A stretch of 64,000 nucleotides of DNA from Spirochaetia bacterium (GTDB taxonomy: Bacteria > Spirochaetota > Spirochaetia > SZUA-6 > Fen-1364), in NCBI GenBank assembly GCA_049519415.1, contig JBEKQU010000007.1:24061-88060 (forward strand). The letters run 5' to 3'. Numbering within the stretch: position 1 is the first letter of the stretch; the number at the start of each line of letters is the position of its first letter. The notes under the pieces were generated by a model. It saw only the letters and a program-made list of their open reading frames with translations, did no database searches and was not told where the DNA came from. A program made the translations under genes and the position numbers. Positions 28,746 through 38,370 of the stretch are shown one piece after another.

Positions 28746-28800
28746 GAAGGGGATTGCATATCCTGACCGAACAGCCCAGGAATCACAAGGAGAAGAAATC

Positions 28801-29619
28801 ATGGCTCGCACGATTCTGGACATGTTCGATTTACACGGCCGTGTGGCGCTGGTGTCCGGCGGTGCGCAGGGAATGGGGCGCGCAATGGCCCTTGCCTTCG
28901 CCGAGGCAGGAGCGGACCTGGTGCTGCCTAGCCATTCCAATGTAGCAGGGGTTGAGGATACGGCTGAGCAGGCGCGAAAGCTCGGGAGGCGAGCGGTCGT
29001 CGTGCCGGGAGATATGACGGACGTGGGTCAGATCCGCTCCGTATTCAAGGCGCTGGACAGGGAGTTCGGCAGGATCGACATTCTCGGCGCTGTAGCGGGC
29101 CCCGGGTTCCGCGCCTCCGCGGAGGACATCGAGCTTGACAAGTTTCAGCAGGTCATATACGGGCTGACGACCGCCCGGTTCTGCTGCTGCCAGGAGGCGG
29201 GACGCCGAATGCTGAAGCAGGGCCGTGGAAGCATCATCAACATCGGGTCGCTGGCATCCGTCACGGCGCTGGGGCGCGGAAACTTCGCCTACAGCGTGGG
29301 CATGGGCGCCGTGGCGATGCTGACGCGAGAGCTGAGCACCGAATGGTGCAGCCGCGGGGTCCGGGTCAACGCCATCCTGCCGGGGCAGGTCACCAATCCC
29401 GGCCTCCAGGCATATTGGGCGGCCGACCCGGCGGTCAAGGAGACAATGCTGCGCGGTATTCCCATGGGAAGATTCGGCGCCCCCGACGACATCAAGGGAG
29501 TGGCGCTCCTTCTTGCCTCCGATGCCTCGGCCTGGATGACGGGAGCACTGATCCCCTTCGATGGGGGAAACCTCGCAATGAACGCCGGCGGTTCGGCCGG
29601 TCCGTACAAGGCGCCGTAG
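28801..29619 (+). CDS. SDR-family oxidoreductase (gluconate-5-dehydrogenase / KduD-like)
   Basis: GGAQGMG Rossmann motif and a Y-x-x-x-K catalytic region. 272 aa. AAGGAGAAG RBS. Confidence 0.8.
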   Translation: MARTILDMFDLHGRVALVSGGAQGMGRAMALAFAEAGADLVLPSHSNVAGVEDTAEQARKLGRRAVVVPGDMTDVGQIRSVFKALDREFGRIDILGAVAGPGFRASAEDIELDKFQQVIYGLTTARFCCCQEAGRRMLKQGRGSIINIGSLASVTALGRGNFAYSVGMGAVAMLTRELSTEWCSRGVRVNAILPGQVTNPGLQAYWAADPAVKETMLRGIPMGRFGAPDDIKGVALLLASDASAWMTGALIPFDGGNLAMNAGGSAGPYKAP

Positions 29620-29652
29620 TCCGCGCCGCGGCAGGGGAGGGAGGGTTTTTCG

Positions 29653-30657
29653 ATGACGGTGAAAAAGAGCGCGGCAATCGGCAAAGATCAGATGCTCGCG
29701 CTATATCGCACCATGCTCTTGATTCGCCGCACTGAAGAGCAACTGGTGAAGCTGTACGCGGCAGGGAAGATCTACGGCGGCGTGCACACGTACATTGGGG
29801 AAGAAGCCGTCGCTGCGGGGGTGTGCGCTCATCTCGGCAACAACGATGCCGTGTTCAGCACGCACCGCGGCCATGGCCACGCGCTTGCCAAAGGCATGGC
29901 CCCCCGAGAGCTGATAGCGGAGCTGCTGGGCCGCGCGACGGGCTGCTCCGGCGGTCGCGGGGGTAGCATGCACCTGTTCAAACCGGAGATAGGGTTCATG
30001 GGATCGAGCGGGATCGTCGGACCCTGCATCACGCTGGCAGCCGGAAGCGCGTATGCGGCAAAACTGCTTAAGGCTGACCGGGTCAGCGTGGCTTTCTTTG
30101 GCGATGGCGCGACCAACAATGGCGCATTCCACGAGGGGATCAACATGGCGGCTGCCTGGGGACTGCCGGTCCTTTTCGTGTGCGAGAACAACCTGTACGC
30201 TACCGAGGTCCCTTATGCGGCGGTCACGAAAAATCCCAACCCGGCGACACGCGCGGCGGCGTATGGCCTGCCGGGCCTCGCCGTTGACGGCAATGACGTG
30301 ATGGCCGTCTATCAGGCCGCTGGAGAAGCCGTGCGCAGGGCCAGATCCGGGGAAGGGCCGACCCTCCTGGAGTGCAAGACCTATCGAACGCGCGCCCACT
30401 CAGAAGGAATGCGTGACGCGGGCTACAGGACCCAGGAGGAGATCGCGGAATGGAAGGCTCGTGACCCGATCAAGGCATGGGGGGGAAAGCTTCTTGCGGG
30501 CGGGATTGCGGCCCAAGCGGAGCTGGATTCTATTGACGCGGAGCTGAAAGCGCTTGCGGAGGAAGCGGCGAGCTTTGCCCTGGCAAGCCCGATGCCCGAT
30601 CCCGCCACGGTCACCCAACACGTGTATGCGACAGAGCAGGCAGGCCAGAATGCGTGA
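29653..30657 (+). CDS. Thiamine-diphosphate-dependent 2-oxoacid dehydrogenase E1 alpha subunit (PDH / acetoin / BCKDH-type)
   Basis: TPP-binding region GDGATNNGAFHEGINMAAAWGLPVLFVCENN. 334 aa. Confidence 0.85.
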   Translation: MTVKKSAAIGKDQMLALYRTMLLIRRTEEQLVKLYAAGKIYGGVHTYIGEEAVAAGVCAHLGNNDAVFSTHRGHGHALAKGMAPRELIAELLGRATGCSGGRGGSMHLFKPEIGFMGSSGIVGPCITLAAGSAYAAKLLKADRVSVAFFGDGATNNGAFHEGINMAAAWGLPVLFVCENNLYATEVPYAAVTKNPNPATRAAAYGLPGLAVDGNDVMAVYQAAGEAVRRARSGEGPTLLECKTYRTRAHSEGMRDAGYRTQEEIAEWKARDPIKAWGGKLLAGGIAAQAELDSIDAELKALAEEAASFALASPMPDPATVTQHVYATEQAGQNA

Positions 30658-31627
30658 AATGACATTTATGGACGCCGCCCGCGAAGGGCTGGCGGAGGAG
30701 ATGGCGCGCGACCCGGCCATTTTCGTGGTCGGCGAAGGGATCGGCGTCCGCGGCGGCAATTTCAACACGACTGTCGGTCTGTACGACCTCTACGGTCCGG
30801 AGCGGCTGCGCGACACGCCGATCAGCGAGCGCGGATTCACGGGAATCTGCATAGGCGCCGCGGCGTCGGGAGCCCGCCCGGTGGTGGATTTCATGTTCAT
30901 TGATTTCCTCACCGATGCATTCGGGGACATGTTCAACCAGATGGCCAAGCTCCAGTGGATGAGCGGCGGCCGGCTGAAGATGCCCATCGTGGTGCGCGGT
31001 TGCGTTGGCGCTGCGCCTTCGAACGCGGCTCACCACTCGGGAAACTATTACCCGTTCTTCATGCATGTCCCCGGTTTCCGGGTTGTCATGCCCGCCACGC
31101 CGGCCGACGCAAAAGGACTGCTCAAGACCGCCATCCGCAGCGACGACCCCGTGCTCTTCCTGGAGCACAAGAACCTGCTTTCCCTCAAGGGCCCGGTGCC
31201 CGACGGCGAGCACCTGGTCCCCTTCGGGAAGGCATCCGTTTCCCGGGAAGGGAAGGACCTCACGGTAGTGGGTGTCGCGTTCATGGTGAAAAAGGCGTTG
31301 GAAGCGGCGGAGCTCCTGGCAAAGGAGGGGATCTCAGTGGAGGTGATCGACCCTCGCACCCTGGCTCCCCTGGACATCGACACCGTTCTGTCATCGGTGC
31401 GCAAGACCGGACGCCTCCTGGTGGTCGACGAGGACTTCGCGCCATGCGGCGTGGCTTCAGAGATCGCCATGCAGGTGATGGAGAAGGGGTTCGACGATCT
31501 GGACGCTCCCGTAAAACGGCTCAATGGGCTCTTCTGTCCCGCGCCCTACAGCCCGGCCCTGATGACCAACCTCATCCCCACAACCAGCGCCATCGTCCAG
31601 GCGCTGCGCGACCTTCTGGCCGAATGA
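30650..31627 (+). CDS. 2-oxoacid dehydrogenase E1 beta subunit (transketolase-like)
   Basis: MREMTFMDAAREGLAEEMARDPAIFVVGEGIG... Start overlaps the alpha-subunit stop by 8 nt. Confidence 0.85.
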   Translation: MREMTFMDAAREGLAEEMARDPAIFVVGEGIGVRGGNFNTTVGLYDLYGPERLRDTPISERGFTGICIGAAASGARPVVDFMFIDFLTDAFGDMFNQMAKLQWMSGGRLKMPIVVRGCVGAAPSNAAHHSGNYYPFFMHVPGFRVVMPATPADAKGLLKTAIRSDDPVLFLEHKNLLSLKGPVPDGEHLVPFGKASVSREGKDLTVVGVAFMVKKALEAAELLAKEGISVEVIDPRTLAPLDIDTVLSSVRKTGRLLVVDEDFAPCGVASEIAMQVMEKGFDDLDAPVKRLNGLFCPAPYSPALMTNLIPTTSAIVQALRDLLAE

Positions 31628-31641
31628 ATCGGGGGTAATCA

Positions 31642-32910
31642 ATGGCGTTCGAAGTGGTAATGCCCCGTCTGGGCTGGAACATGGAAGAGGGCGCCGTTGC
31701 GGGCTGGCGCAAGAAGGATGGCGATCCTGTCACCGCAGGGGAAATCCTCTTCGAGGTTGAAAGCGACAAGGCCGTCCAGGAGGTCGAGGCCATGGAGAGC
31801 GGGGTGCTGCGCATCCCGGCCGAATCCCCCCCGCTGGGCACGCAGGTGCCGGTCGGCACGCTGCTCGCATGGCTGGTGAAACCCGGGGAGCAATTGGCCT
31901 CCAGCGCTGCCAACGCGCCGCAAGGCCCTGTACCGATCATTGCGGCCCCTCCCGTACCCGTAAGCAGCCCTGCCGGGTCGCAACCGGGCGACGCGCCGCG
32001 CCCGCTGGCAGGGAAGCGCACACGCATCAGCCCCCGGGCCAAGCGGGCGGCCTTTGAGCTCGGCGTGGATTGGACGCCGCTTTCCGGCAGCGGGAGCTCC
32101 GGCCGAATCCTTGAACGGGACGTGCGGCAGGCAGCGGCTGCCGCCAAGCGCGCGCCGGCCCTTGCGGTGAGCGCTGTCCGGGTTCCCGAGGCAGTCCCCG
32201 TGCCCGGCACCGGCTCCCAGGAGGTGCTCCGGATCTCCTCCGTTCGGCGATTGACCGCGGAGCGGATGTCGGCCGGCGCCCACACCACGGCGCCTGTCAC
32301 GTTGACCACTGAAGCGGATGCAACGGACCTCGTGCGCCTCCGCGGCCGGCTCAAGGGCGAGAGCGCGCCCGCCGCGCCTTCCTATAACGATCTTCTCGCG
32401 AAGATTGCCGCGCACGCGCTTGTTGAACATCCCGAGCTCAACGCACGGTTCGAGGGGGATGCGATCGTCCGATCGGCATCCGTGAACATAGCGATCGCGG
32501 TCGACACAGACCGCGGACTGCTTGCCCCTGTCGTGCGCGACGTGCAAGCCAAGTCGCTGCGCCAGGTGGCGCGTGAGTCGGCAGAGTTGATCCGGCGTGC
32601 GCGGGCCGGCCAGGTACGCCCGGAAGAGCTGCGCGGCGGCACATTCACCATCACCAACCTCGGCATGTACGAGATTAATTCATTCACTCCCATCATCAAT
32701 CTGCCTGAATGCGCCATCCTGGGAGTGGGAAGGATCGTGGCGAAGCAGGTGGTGACGGATGCTGAAGCCGGGCAGGTTGCGATCCGCCGCATGGTCGTCC
32801 TGAGCCTCACCTTCGACCATCGCCTGGTGGATGGGGCGCCGGCGGCGCGTTTTCTGCAAGGGATCAAGCGATATGTCGAAGATCCGTATCTCTGGCTCGC
32901 AGGCATATGA
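31642..32910 (+). CDS. Dihydrolipoamide acyltransferase E2 (lipoyl domain, subunit-binding domain and catalytic domain)
   Basis: Lipoyl-lysine motif VESDKAV, PSBD (ISPRAKRAAFELGVD) and catalytic DHRLVDG. Confidence 0.85.
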   Translation: MAFEVVMPRLGWNMEEGAVAGWRKKDGDPVTAGEILFEVESDKAVQEVEAMESGVLRIPAESPPLGTQVPVGTLLAWLVKPGEQLASSAANAPQGPVPIIAAPPVPVSSPAGSQPGDAPRPLAGKRTRISPRAKRAAFELGVDWTPLSGSGSSGRILERDVRQAAAAAKRAPALAVSAVRVPEAVPVPGTGSQEVLRISSVRRLTAERMSAGAHTTAPVTLTTEADATDLVRLRGRLKGESAPAAPSYNDLLAKIAAHALVEHPELNARFEGDAIVRSASVNIAIAVDTDRGLLAPVVRDVQAKSLRQVARESAELIRRARAGQVRPEELRGGTFTITNLGMYEINSFTPIINLPECAILGVGRIVAKQVVTDAEAGQVAIRRMVVLSLTFDHRLVDGAPAARFLQGIKRYVEDPYLWLAGI

Positions 32911-32978
32911 CCCGCGCCGGCTGATACGGCAAAACGGGTGCGGGACATGTGCACTAAATCACGAAGGAGGGGGAATCA

Positions 32979-33764
32979 GTGAGATTCGCTCGAATACGCA
33001 CAAGCGATGGGAAAGCAGTGCACGCTGTTATCGAAGGCGGAAAAGCGCAGCCCATCGCGGGAGACATCTTCGGGAAGTGGAAAAGGGCGGGGAGAGCACT
33101 CCCGCTGCAAAAGGTGAAACTGCTCGCCCCAATTGTCCCGGTGGACCTGCTGTGCTTTGGCTCGAACTACAAGGCCCACGCCGAGGAGTCGGGGGGCGAT
33201 CTTCCCAAAGCGCCGATAGTGTTCCTCAAGGCCACGTCCTCTGTCACTGACACCGAAGCGCCCATCATCATTCCTCCGATCGCCCCTTCCCAGGTGGACT
33301 ACGAGGCGGAGCTGGCGGTGATCATCGGCGCCCGGGCGCGGAATGTCAGTCGTGAAGACGCGCTGAAATACGTTTTCGGCTACACCTGCGCCAACGATGT
33401 AAGCGCGCGCGACGCCCAGCACGCCGACAGCCAGTGGGCTCGGGGGAAATCCTTCGATACCTTCTGCCCGCTGGGGCCCTGGATCGAAACGGAGCTGAAT
33501 CCACGGAACCAGCGGATACAGGGCAGGCTCAACGGCCGCATCATGCAGGACGCCACCCTGTCGCTGCTGATTTTCGATGTGGCCTACCTTGTCAGCTACC
33601 TCTCGCAGGGCATGACGCTGCTTCCGGGGGCCGTGCTTCTCACCGGCACGCCCTCCGGCTGCGGTTTTGCCCAGAACCCCGCTGTGTATATGAAGCCGGG
33701 GGATGTGTTCGAAGTGGAAATCGACGGGATCGGAACACTCCGAAATCCTGTAGCAAGCGCATGA
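32979..33764 (+). CDS. Fumarylacetoacetate-hydrolase (FAH) family protein (2-keto-3-deoxy sugar-acid dehydratase/hydrolase or 2-keto-4-pentenoate hydratase type)
   Basis: 261 aa with the FAH-fold metal-binding motif region (YEAELAVIIG ... DVSARD). GTG start with an AGGAGGGGG RBS. Confidence 0.75.
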   Translation: MRFARIRTSDGKAVHAVIEGGKAQPIAGDIFGKWKRAGRALPLQKVKLLAPIVPVDLLCFGSNYKAHAEESGGDLPKAPIVFLKATSSVTDTEAPIIIPPIAPSQVDYEAELAVIIGARARNVSREDALKYVFGYTCANDVSARDAQHADSQWARGKSFDTFCPLGPWIETELNPRNQRIQGRLNGRIMQDATLSLLIFDVAYLVSYLSQGMTLLPGAVLLTGTPSGCGFAQNPAVYMKPGDVFEVEIDGIGTLRNPVASA

Positions 33765-33775
33765 AGGAGAAGATC

Positions 33776-34741
33776 ATGAAGGTAGCCATTACAGACTATG
33801 CTTTCGAAACGCTGGAAATCGAAAAATCGATTCTGGAACCGCTGGGATGCCGGATCGTCGATCAGAAATCGGGCAAAGACGTGGCAAAACTCATGGCGCT
33901 GGTGAAGGATGCAGACTACGTCATCACCCAGTTCGCTCCCGTCAACGCCGAGGTGATCGGCGCCATGCAGAAATGCAAGGTAATAGTGCGCTACGGCATT
34001 GGCGTGGACAATGTCAATCTTGAGGCGGCCGCGGCCCGCAAGATTCCCGTGTGCAATGTGCCCGACTTCTGCACGGACGAGGTTGCCGACCACGCGCTTG
34101 CCATGATCCTGGAAATGACCCGGAGGGTCGCTGAGAACGGGACAAAGGTGCGCTCGGGAGGGTGGGGTCTCGCTGTTGCTCTGGAGTCAATGAAGACGCT
34201 CAGGGACATGACCGTAGGCATCGTGGCCTTTGGCCGCATAGGCCGTGAGGTCGCGCTCCGGTTGAAGCCCTTCAAGTGCCGCATCCTGGTCACGGACCCC
34301 GTGGTGCCTGCTTCCCGCATCAGGGAGGAAGGGTTCACGCCTGTTTCCCTTGACGAGCTGCTGGCGCAGAGCGATCTGATCACGCTGCACTGCCCCAGCA
34401 CCGAACAGACCCGGTACATGATCAATGCTCAAAGAATTTCCCAGATGAAGCGCGGAGTGCTCCTGGTCAATGTTTCGCGCGGCACCCTCGTGAAGACCGA
34501 CGACCTCGTCGCCGCTCTGCAGAGCGGGACCATCGCCGCCGCGGCGATGGATGTCACGGATCCCGAGCCCATCAGCCCCGACAGCCCGCTGGTGAAGATG
34601 CCCAACGTCATGATCAACTCGCACGTCGCTTCGGCCAGCGTTGCCTCGGCGAAGAAGCTGAGAACGGACGCCGCGCAGACTGTTGCAATCGCTGTACGGG
34701 GCGGCACGCTTCCGAATATCGTGAATGGCGTCAGGGGCTAG
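33776..34741 (+). CDS. D-isomer-specific 2-hydroxyacid dehydrogenase
   Basis: MKVAITDYAF..., GIVAFGRIGREVALR Rossmann motif and catalytic H. AAGGAGA RBS before the ATG at 33776. Confidence 0.8.
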   Translation: MKVAITDYAFETLEIEKSILEPLGCRIVDQKSGKDVAKLMALVKDADYVITQFAPVNAEVIGAMQKCKVIVRYGIGVDNVNLEAAAARKIPVCNVPDFCTDEVADHALAMILEMTRRVAENGTKVRSGGWGLAVALESMKTLRDMTVGIVAFGRIGREVALRLKPFKCRILVTDPVVPASRIREEGFTPVSLDELLAQSDLITLHCPSTEQTRYMINAQRISQMKRGVLLVNVSRGTLVKTDDLVAALQSGTIAAAAMDVTDPEPISPDSPLVKMPNVMINSHVASASVASAKKLRTDAAQTVAIAVRGGTLPNIVNGVRG

Positions 34742-35808
34742 AGCGCGGGCTCCCGCCTTTTAGGCGCCTGAACTTCCACGAGCATTTTGATCTTCGTCTC
34801 GCTCTTCTCGTTCGCCGTCTTCATGGCGTTTATCGCGGCGTCAAAGGGGATCCGGTGGGTGATGAGCGGCTTCAGGCTCATCTTCCGCTGTGCCATGATT
34901 TCGATCACCTGTTCGGCAAGGCCGAACTCTCCCATGATGCCCTGCAACTGCACTTCCTTGAAAACCAGCGCATCGATGTTGAAGCCGTTCAGAGCTGTCT
35001 CGAAAAAGCCGATCAGGGCGATGATCCCCCGTTGCGCAACGACACTCAGACACTGGCTGACGGTCTGGATGTTTCCGGAGGTCTCCAGCACGGCATCAAC
35101 GCCCTTTCCCGCCGTATGCTTCTTCACGAAGCCGGCGAGATCTTCTTCGGTGACATTCACGACAGCATCCGCTCCCATGGCTTTGCCAACGGCAAGCTTG
35201 CTGGGCTTCCTGCCGCTCAGGAGAACCCTGCCGGCGCCCTTGCTCTTCACCAGGGCGAGCGCGGCAAGGCCGATGGGACCGGTGCCGACGATCAGCACGC
35301 TGGTGGAGGGGGTGATGCCGATCTTCTGCACGCCGGCAAGCGCGATGGAGGCAGGCTCTATGAGAGCGGCCTCGTCAAGGTCAATGGAATCAGGCAGCGC
35401 ATGCATGTGCCGTTCCGGTATGAGCATGTACTCTGCAAACGACCCGGGCCAGTGATTGACGGTCCCCAGGGACCTGCCATTTTGGCATTTGCCGAGCTCA
35501 CCCCTGAGGCAATACTCGCAGGTTCCGCAGGTGACGGCGGTGTCGGACACGACCCGGTCTCCCGGCGTGAAGCGTGTCACGCCCGAGCCGACCTGCTCCA
35601 CGATCCCCGACCATTCATGCCCTATGCGCACCGGGTAGGTGATCAGGCCTTCCCGGATCAGGCTCATGTTCCCGCTCAGAATGGCCAGGTCAGTGCCGCA
35701 GATTCCGGCCCAGGCCACGCGGGTGAGAACATCTCCCGGCCCTATGACGGGCTTGGGGGTTTCCACCATCCGGATGTTTCCCGGGGATTCGATGACGATC
35801 GCCTTCAT
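34738..35808 (-). CDS. Zinc-binding MDR alcohol dehydrogenase (sorbitol / L-idonate / threonine dehydrogenase family)
   Basis: GHEWSGIVEQVG zinc-site motif, structural zinc cysteines (CGTCEYC) and GTGPIGLAA Rossmann motif. Confidence 0.85.
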   Translation of the reverse strand: MKAIVIESPGNIRMVETPKPVIGPGDVLTRVAWAGICGTDLAILSGNMSLIREGLITYPVRIGHEWSGIVEQVGSGVTRFTPGDRVVSDTAVTCGTCEYCLRGELGKCQNGRSLGTVNHWPGSFAEYMLIPERHMHALPDSIDLDEAALIEPASIALAGVQKIGITPSTSVLIVGTGPIGLAALALVKSKGAGRVLLSGRKPSKLAVGKAMGADAVVNVTEEDLAGFVKKHTAGKGVDAVLETSGNIQTVSQCLSVVAQRGIIALIGFFETALNGFNIDALVFKEVQLQGIMGEFGLAEQVIEIMAQRKMSLKPLITHRIPFDAAINAMKTANEKSETKIKMLVEVQAPKRREPAL

Positions 35809-35825
35809 GTTCCCGCCCTATTTAC

Positions 35826-36638
35826 TCAGATTCCCGGCACGTATCCCTTGCCGTACCGGGCAGGCTCCTGGTCGCGGAAACCGCTGTTGAGGGAAAACCA
35901 CGCGGTTGTGCCGCCGTCGACGACGATGGTCTGACCGACGATGTACCGGGCAGCATCCGACGCAAGGAAAACAGCGACCTTTCCGATATCAGAGGGCTGT
36001 CCTTCGAAGCCCGCCGGTATCAACTTTCCCACCGCCTTCGCATCGAGATTGGCGATGAGCTTGTGATGGTTCTCCACCTCCGTGGGTCCAGGAGCAATGC
36101 CGTTGACCCGGATGCCCCGGGGCGCCAGCTCGATGGCGAGCGCCCTGGTGAAGGAAACCATGGCCCCCCGGGTCCCCGCGTACACCGTATGCTCGAGCCT
36201 GCCCCCGAAGGCGTGAATGGAGGAGATGTTGATGATGGCCGCGCCTTTGGCTGCCAGAAGCGCCGGCAGCAGCTCCTGGGTGAGAAAAAAAGGCGCTCTG
36301 ACGTTCACCGCGTAGAGTATCTCGAACTGTTCCGGCGTCACCGTCTCCAGGAGCCTGTTCATCGTGATGCCCGCGCTGTTCACCAGGACATCGATACCTC
36401 CGAGAAATGCCAGGGCCTCTTTCGCCAGCCCTCGCACATCCTCCAGGCGGGTGAAGTCTGCGCTGAATGCGGCTGCGTTTCCGCCGCTGGCGAGGATTTC
36501 ATCCACCGCCTTTTTCGCGCCCTCACCGCTATGGGAGTAGTGCAACGCAACCAAGGCCCCCGCCTTGGCGAACTCGAGCGCTATTCCCTTGCCGATGCCG
36601 GTGCCGGATCCCGTGACGAGAACGCGTTTCCCTTTCAT
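35826..36638 (-). CDS. SDR-family oxidoreductase (KduD / 2-deoxy-D-gluconate 3-dehydrogenase-like)
   Basis: VLVTGSGTGIGKGIA Rossmann motif. 270 aa. Confidence 0.8.
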   Translation of the reverse strand: MKGKRVLVTGSGTGIGKGIALEFAKAGALVALHYSHSGEGAKKAVDEILASGGNAAAFSADFTRLEDVRGLAKEALAFLGGIDVLVNSAGITMNRLLETVTPEQFEILYAVNVRAPFFLTQELLPALLAAKGAAIINISSIHAFGGRLEHTVYAGTRGAMVSFTRALAIELAPRGIRVNGIAPGPTEVENHHKLIANLDAKAVGKLIPAGFEGQPSDIGKVAVFLASDAARYIVGQTIVVDGGTTAWFSLNSGFRDQEPARYGKGYVPGI

Positions 36639-36645
36639 GACGCGC

Positions 36646-37683
36646 CTACCTTTGAACCCTTCCGGACGCGTCCCCGCCCATCAAGGCCTCGACTTCCCTG
36701 ACCGAAACCAGGTTGAAGTCGCCAACGATCGAGTGCTTGAGGCAGGAGGCTGCGGCCGCAAAGTCCACGCAGTGCTGCCCGTCAAACCCGGACAGCAAGC
36801 CATAGATGAGGCCGCCGGTGAACGAGTCGCCGCCGCCGACCCTGTCAACGACCGGATTCAGCTCGTATTTCCGGCTGAGGTAGTGCGCAGCGCCATCGTA
36901 GAGCAGCCCGGCCCAGCCGTTCACGGAGGCGGATACGCTCTCGCGCAGGGTGGTGGCGACGTGGGCGAAATGAAAACGCCGCGCAAGCTGCTCAGCCACC
37001 TGTTTGTACGACTCTCCCGCCAGCCTGCCGTGTGCCGCGTCGCTTCCCTCCGGCTTGATTCCGAAGACCTTTTCAGAGTCTTCCTCATTGCCGACGAGCA
37101 CGTCGACATACCGCATCAACCGCGACATGACACGGTTGGCCTCCTGAGGGCTCCAGAGCTTTGCGCGGTAATTCAGGTCGCAGCTTACGGTGAGCCCATG
37201 CTTTTTTGCCGCCGAAAGCCCGTCTTCCAGGACGCGCTGCACGTTCTCGCCGAGCGCCGGCGCGGTGCCGGAAAAGTGGAACCAATCCTTTCCCGAGCAG
37301 ATGGTCTCCCAGTCGTAGTCCTCCGGCTTCGACTCGCGAATCGCGCTGTGCGAGCGGTCGTAAATGATCTTCGAGGCTCGCTGCGCGGCGCCGGTCTCCA
37401 GGTAGAACAGGCCCAGCCTTTCGCCGCCCCGCGCAATGAAGTCCGTGTTCACCCGGAAACGGCTGAGGTAGTTGATGCATGCCTGGCCGATCTCGTTGTC
37501 CGGCACCTTTGAGACGGCATAGGCTTCCATCCCGAAGTTCACGAGCGACACGGCGGCGTTGGCTTCCGCGCCCGTATAGCGCGCCTCAAAATCGTCAGCC
37601 TGCACGAAACGCCCGACGCCCCGGGGGGCAAGTCTCAGGAGCAGCTCTCCGAAGGCGACGATTTTTTTCTTCTTCCCTTCCAT
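36646..37683 (-). CDS. kdgK: 2-dehydro-3-deoxygluconokinase (PfkB family), copy 1
   Basis: MEGKKKKIVAFGELLLRL N-terminus and C-terminal DRVGGGDSFTGG anion-hole motif. ATG at 37681-37683 overlaps the eda stop. The ORF track's 115-aa upstream extension is read-through. Confidence 0.85.
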   Translation of the reverse strand: MEGKKKKIVAFGELLLRLAPRGVGRFVQADDFEARYTGAEANAAVSLVNFGMEAYAVSKVPDNEIGQACINYLSRFRVNTDFIARGGERLGLFYLETGAAQRASKIIYDRSHSAIRESKPEDYDWETICSGKDWFHFSGTAPALGENVQRVLEDGLSAAKKHGLTVSCDLNYRAKLWSPQEANRVMSRLMRYVDVLVGNEEDSEKVFGIKPEGSDAAHGRLAGESYKQVAEQLARRFHFAHVATTLRESVSASVNGWAGLLYDGAAHYLSRKYELNPVVDRVGGGDSFTGGLIYGLLSGFDGQHCVDFAAAASCLKHSIVGDFNLVSVREVEALMGGDASGRVQR

Positions 37684-38339
37684 CACTGGCCCCTGCGCGC
37701 GTCGGCCACGATTTTGATGAAGTTTCGGGCGTTCTCCGTCATGACGTTGAACTGACGGTTCTTGAGCGCGGCGGGATCGACAAGCGCCTTCCCGACGCCC
37801 ACGGCCACCGCCCCGGCTTTTATGTACTCGGGGGCGGTCTTTGTATCGACGTTGCCCGTCACCAGCATCCGGATGTGCGGCAGCGGCCCCTTGAGGTCCT
37901 GAAAATAGCCCGGCGTGCCGAGCCGTCCCGGGAAGATCTTCACGACGTCGGCTCCCGCTTTCCACGCGGTGACGATCTCTGTGGGAGTGACGCACCCCGG
38001 CATGACCGCGGTGTCGTAGAGCTTGCACATGTCCACCATGTCGCGATCGAAGCAGGGCCCGACAACGAAGCTCGCGCCCGCCAGGATGGCCATGCGCGCG
38101 GTTGTCGCGTCCAGCACGGTGCCCGCGCCGATGAAAACCTCGTCGCCGAGCTGCCTGCTCGCCGCGGCCACGATCTCAAGCGCGCCGGGCACGGTCATGG
38201 TGATCTCCACCAATCGGACGCCGCCCTTGCCCATGGCACGGGCAACCTCGAGGAGGTCCGTCGGGTCGTCGACGCGTATCACGGCCACGACCCCTGTTTC
38301 CGCAAGCGTCCGCAGGACTAGCTGTTTTGCTGATGCCAT
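37683..38339 (-). CDS. eda: KDPG / KHG aldolase
   Basis: 218 aa with a typical Eda fold and a catalytic-lysine region (GADVVKIFPG). Confidence 0.85.
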   Translation of the reverse strand: MASAKQLVLRTLAETGVVAVIRVDDPTDLLEVARAMGKGGVRLVEITMTVPGALEIVAAASRQLGDEVFIGAGTVLDATTARMAILAGASFVVGPCFDRDMVDMCKLYDTAVMPGCVTPTEIVTAWKAGADVVKIFPGRLGTPGYFQDLKGPLPHIRMLVTGNVDTKTAPEYIKAGAVAVGVGKALVDPAALKNRQFNVMTENARNFIKIVADARRGQ

Positions 38340-38370
38340 CTCCGTTCCTCACTTCCTGAAGCGCGGTTTC

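Noticed and set aside
36646-38028. Long N-terminal extensions in the ORF track (460-aa form of kdgK, 493-aa form of URO-D paralog 3, 435-aa form of the 2-hydroxyacid dehydrogenase at 33434, 576-aa ORF at 4737)
   Set aside because: The extensions overlap the upstream gene. They lack family similarity and precede an internal start that has a good RBS or ATGA coupling. The shorter starts were used.
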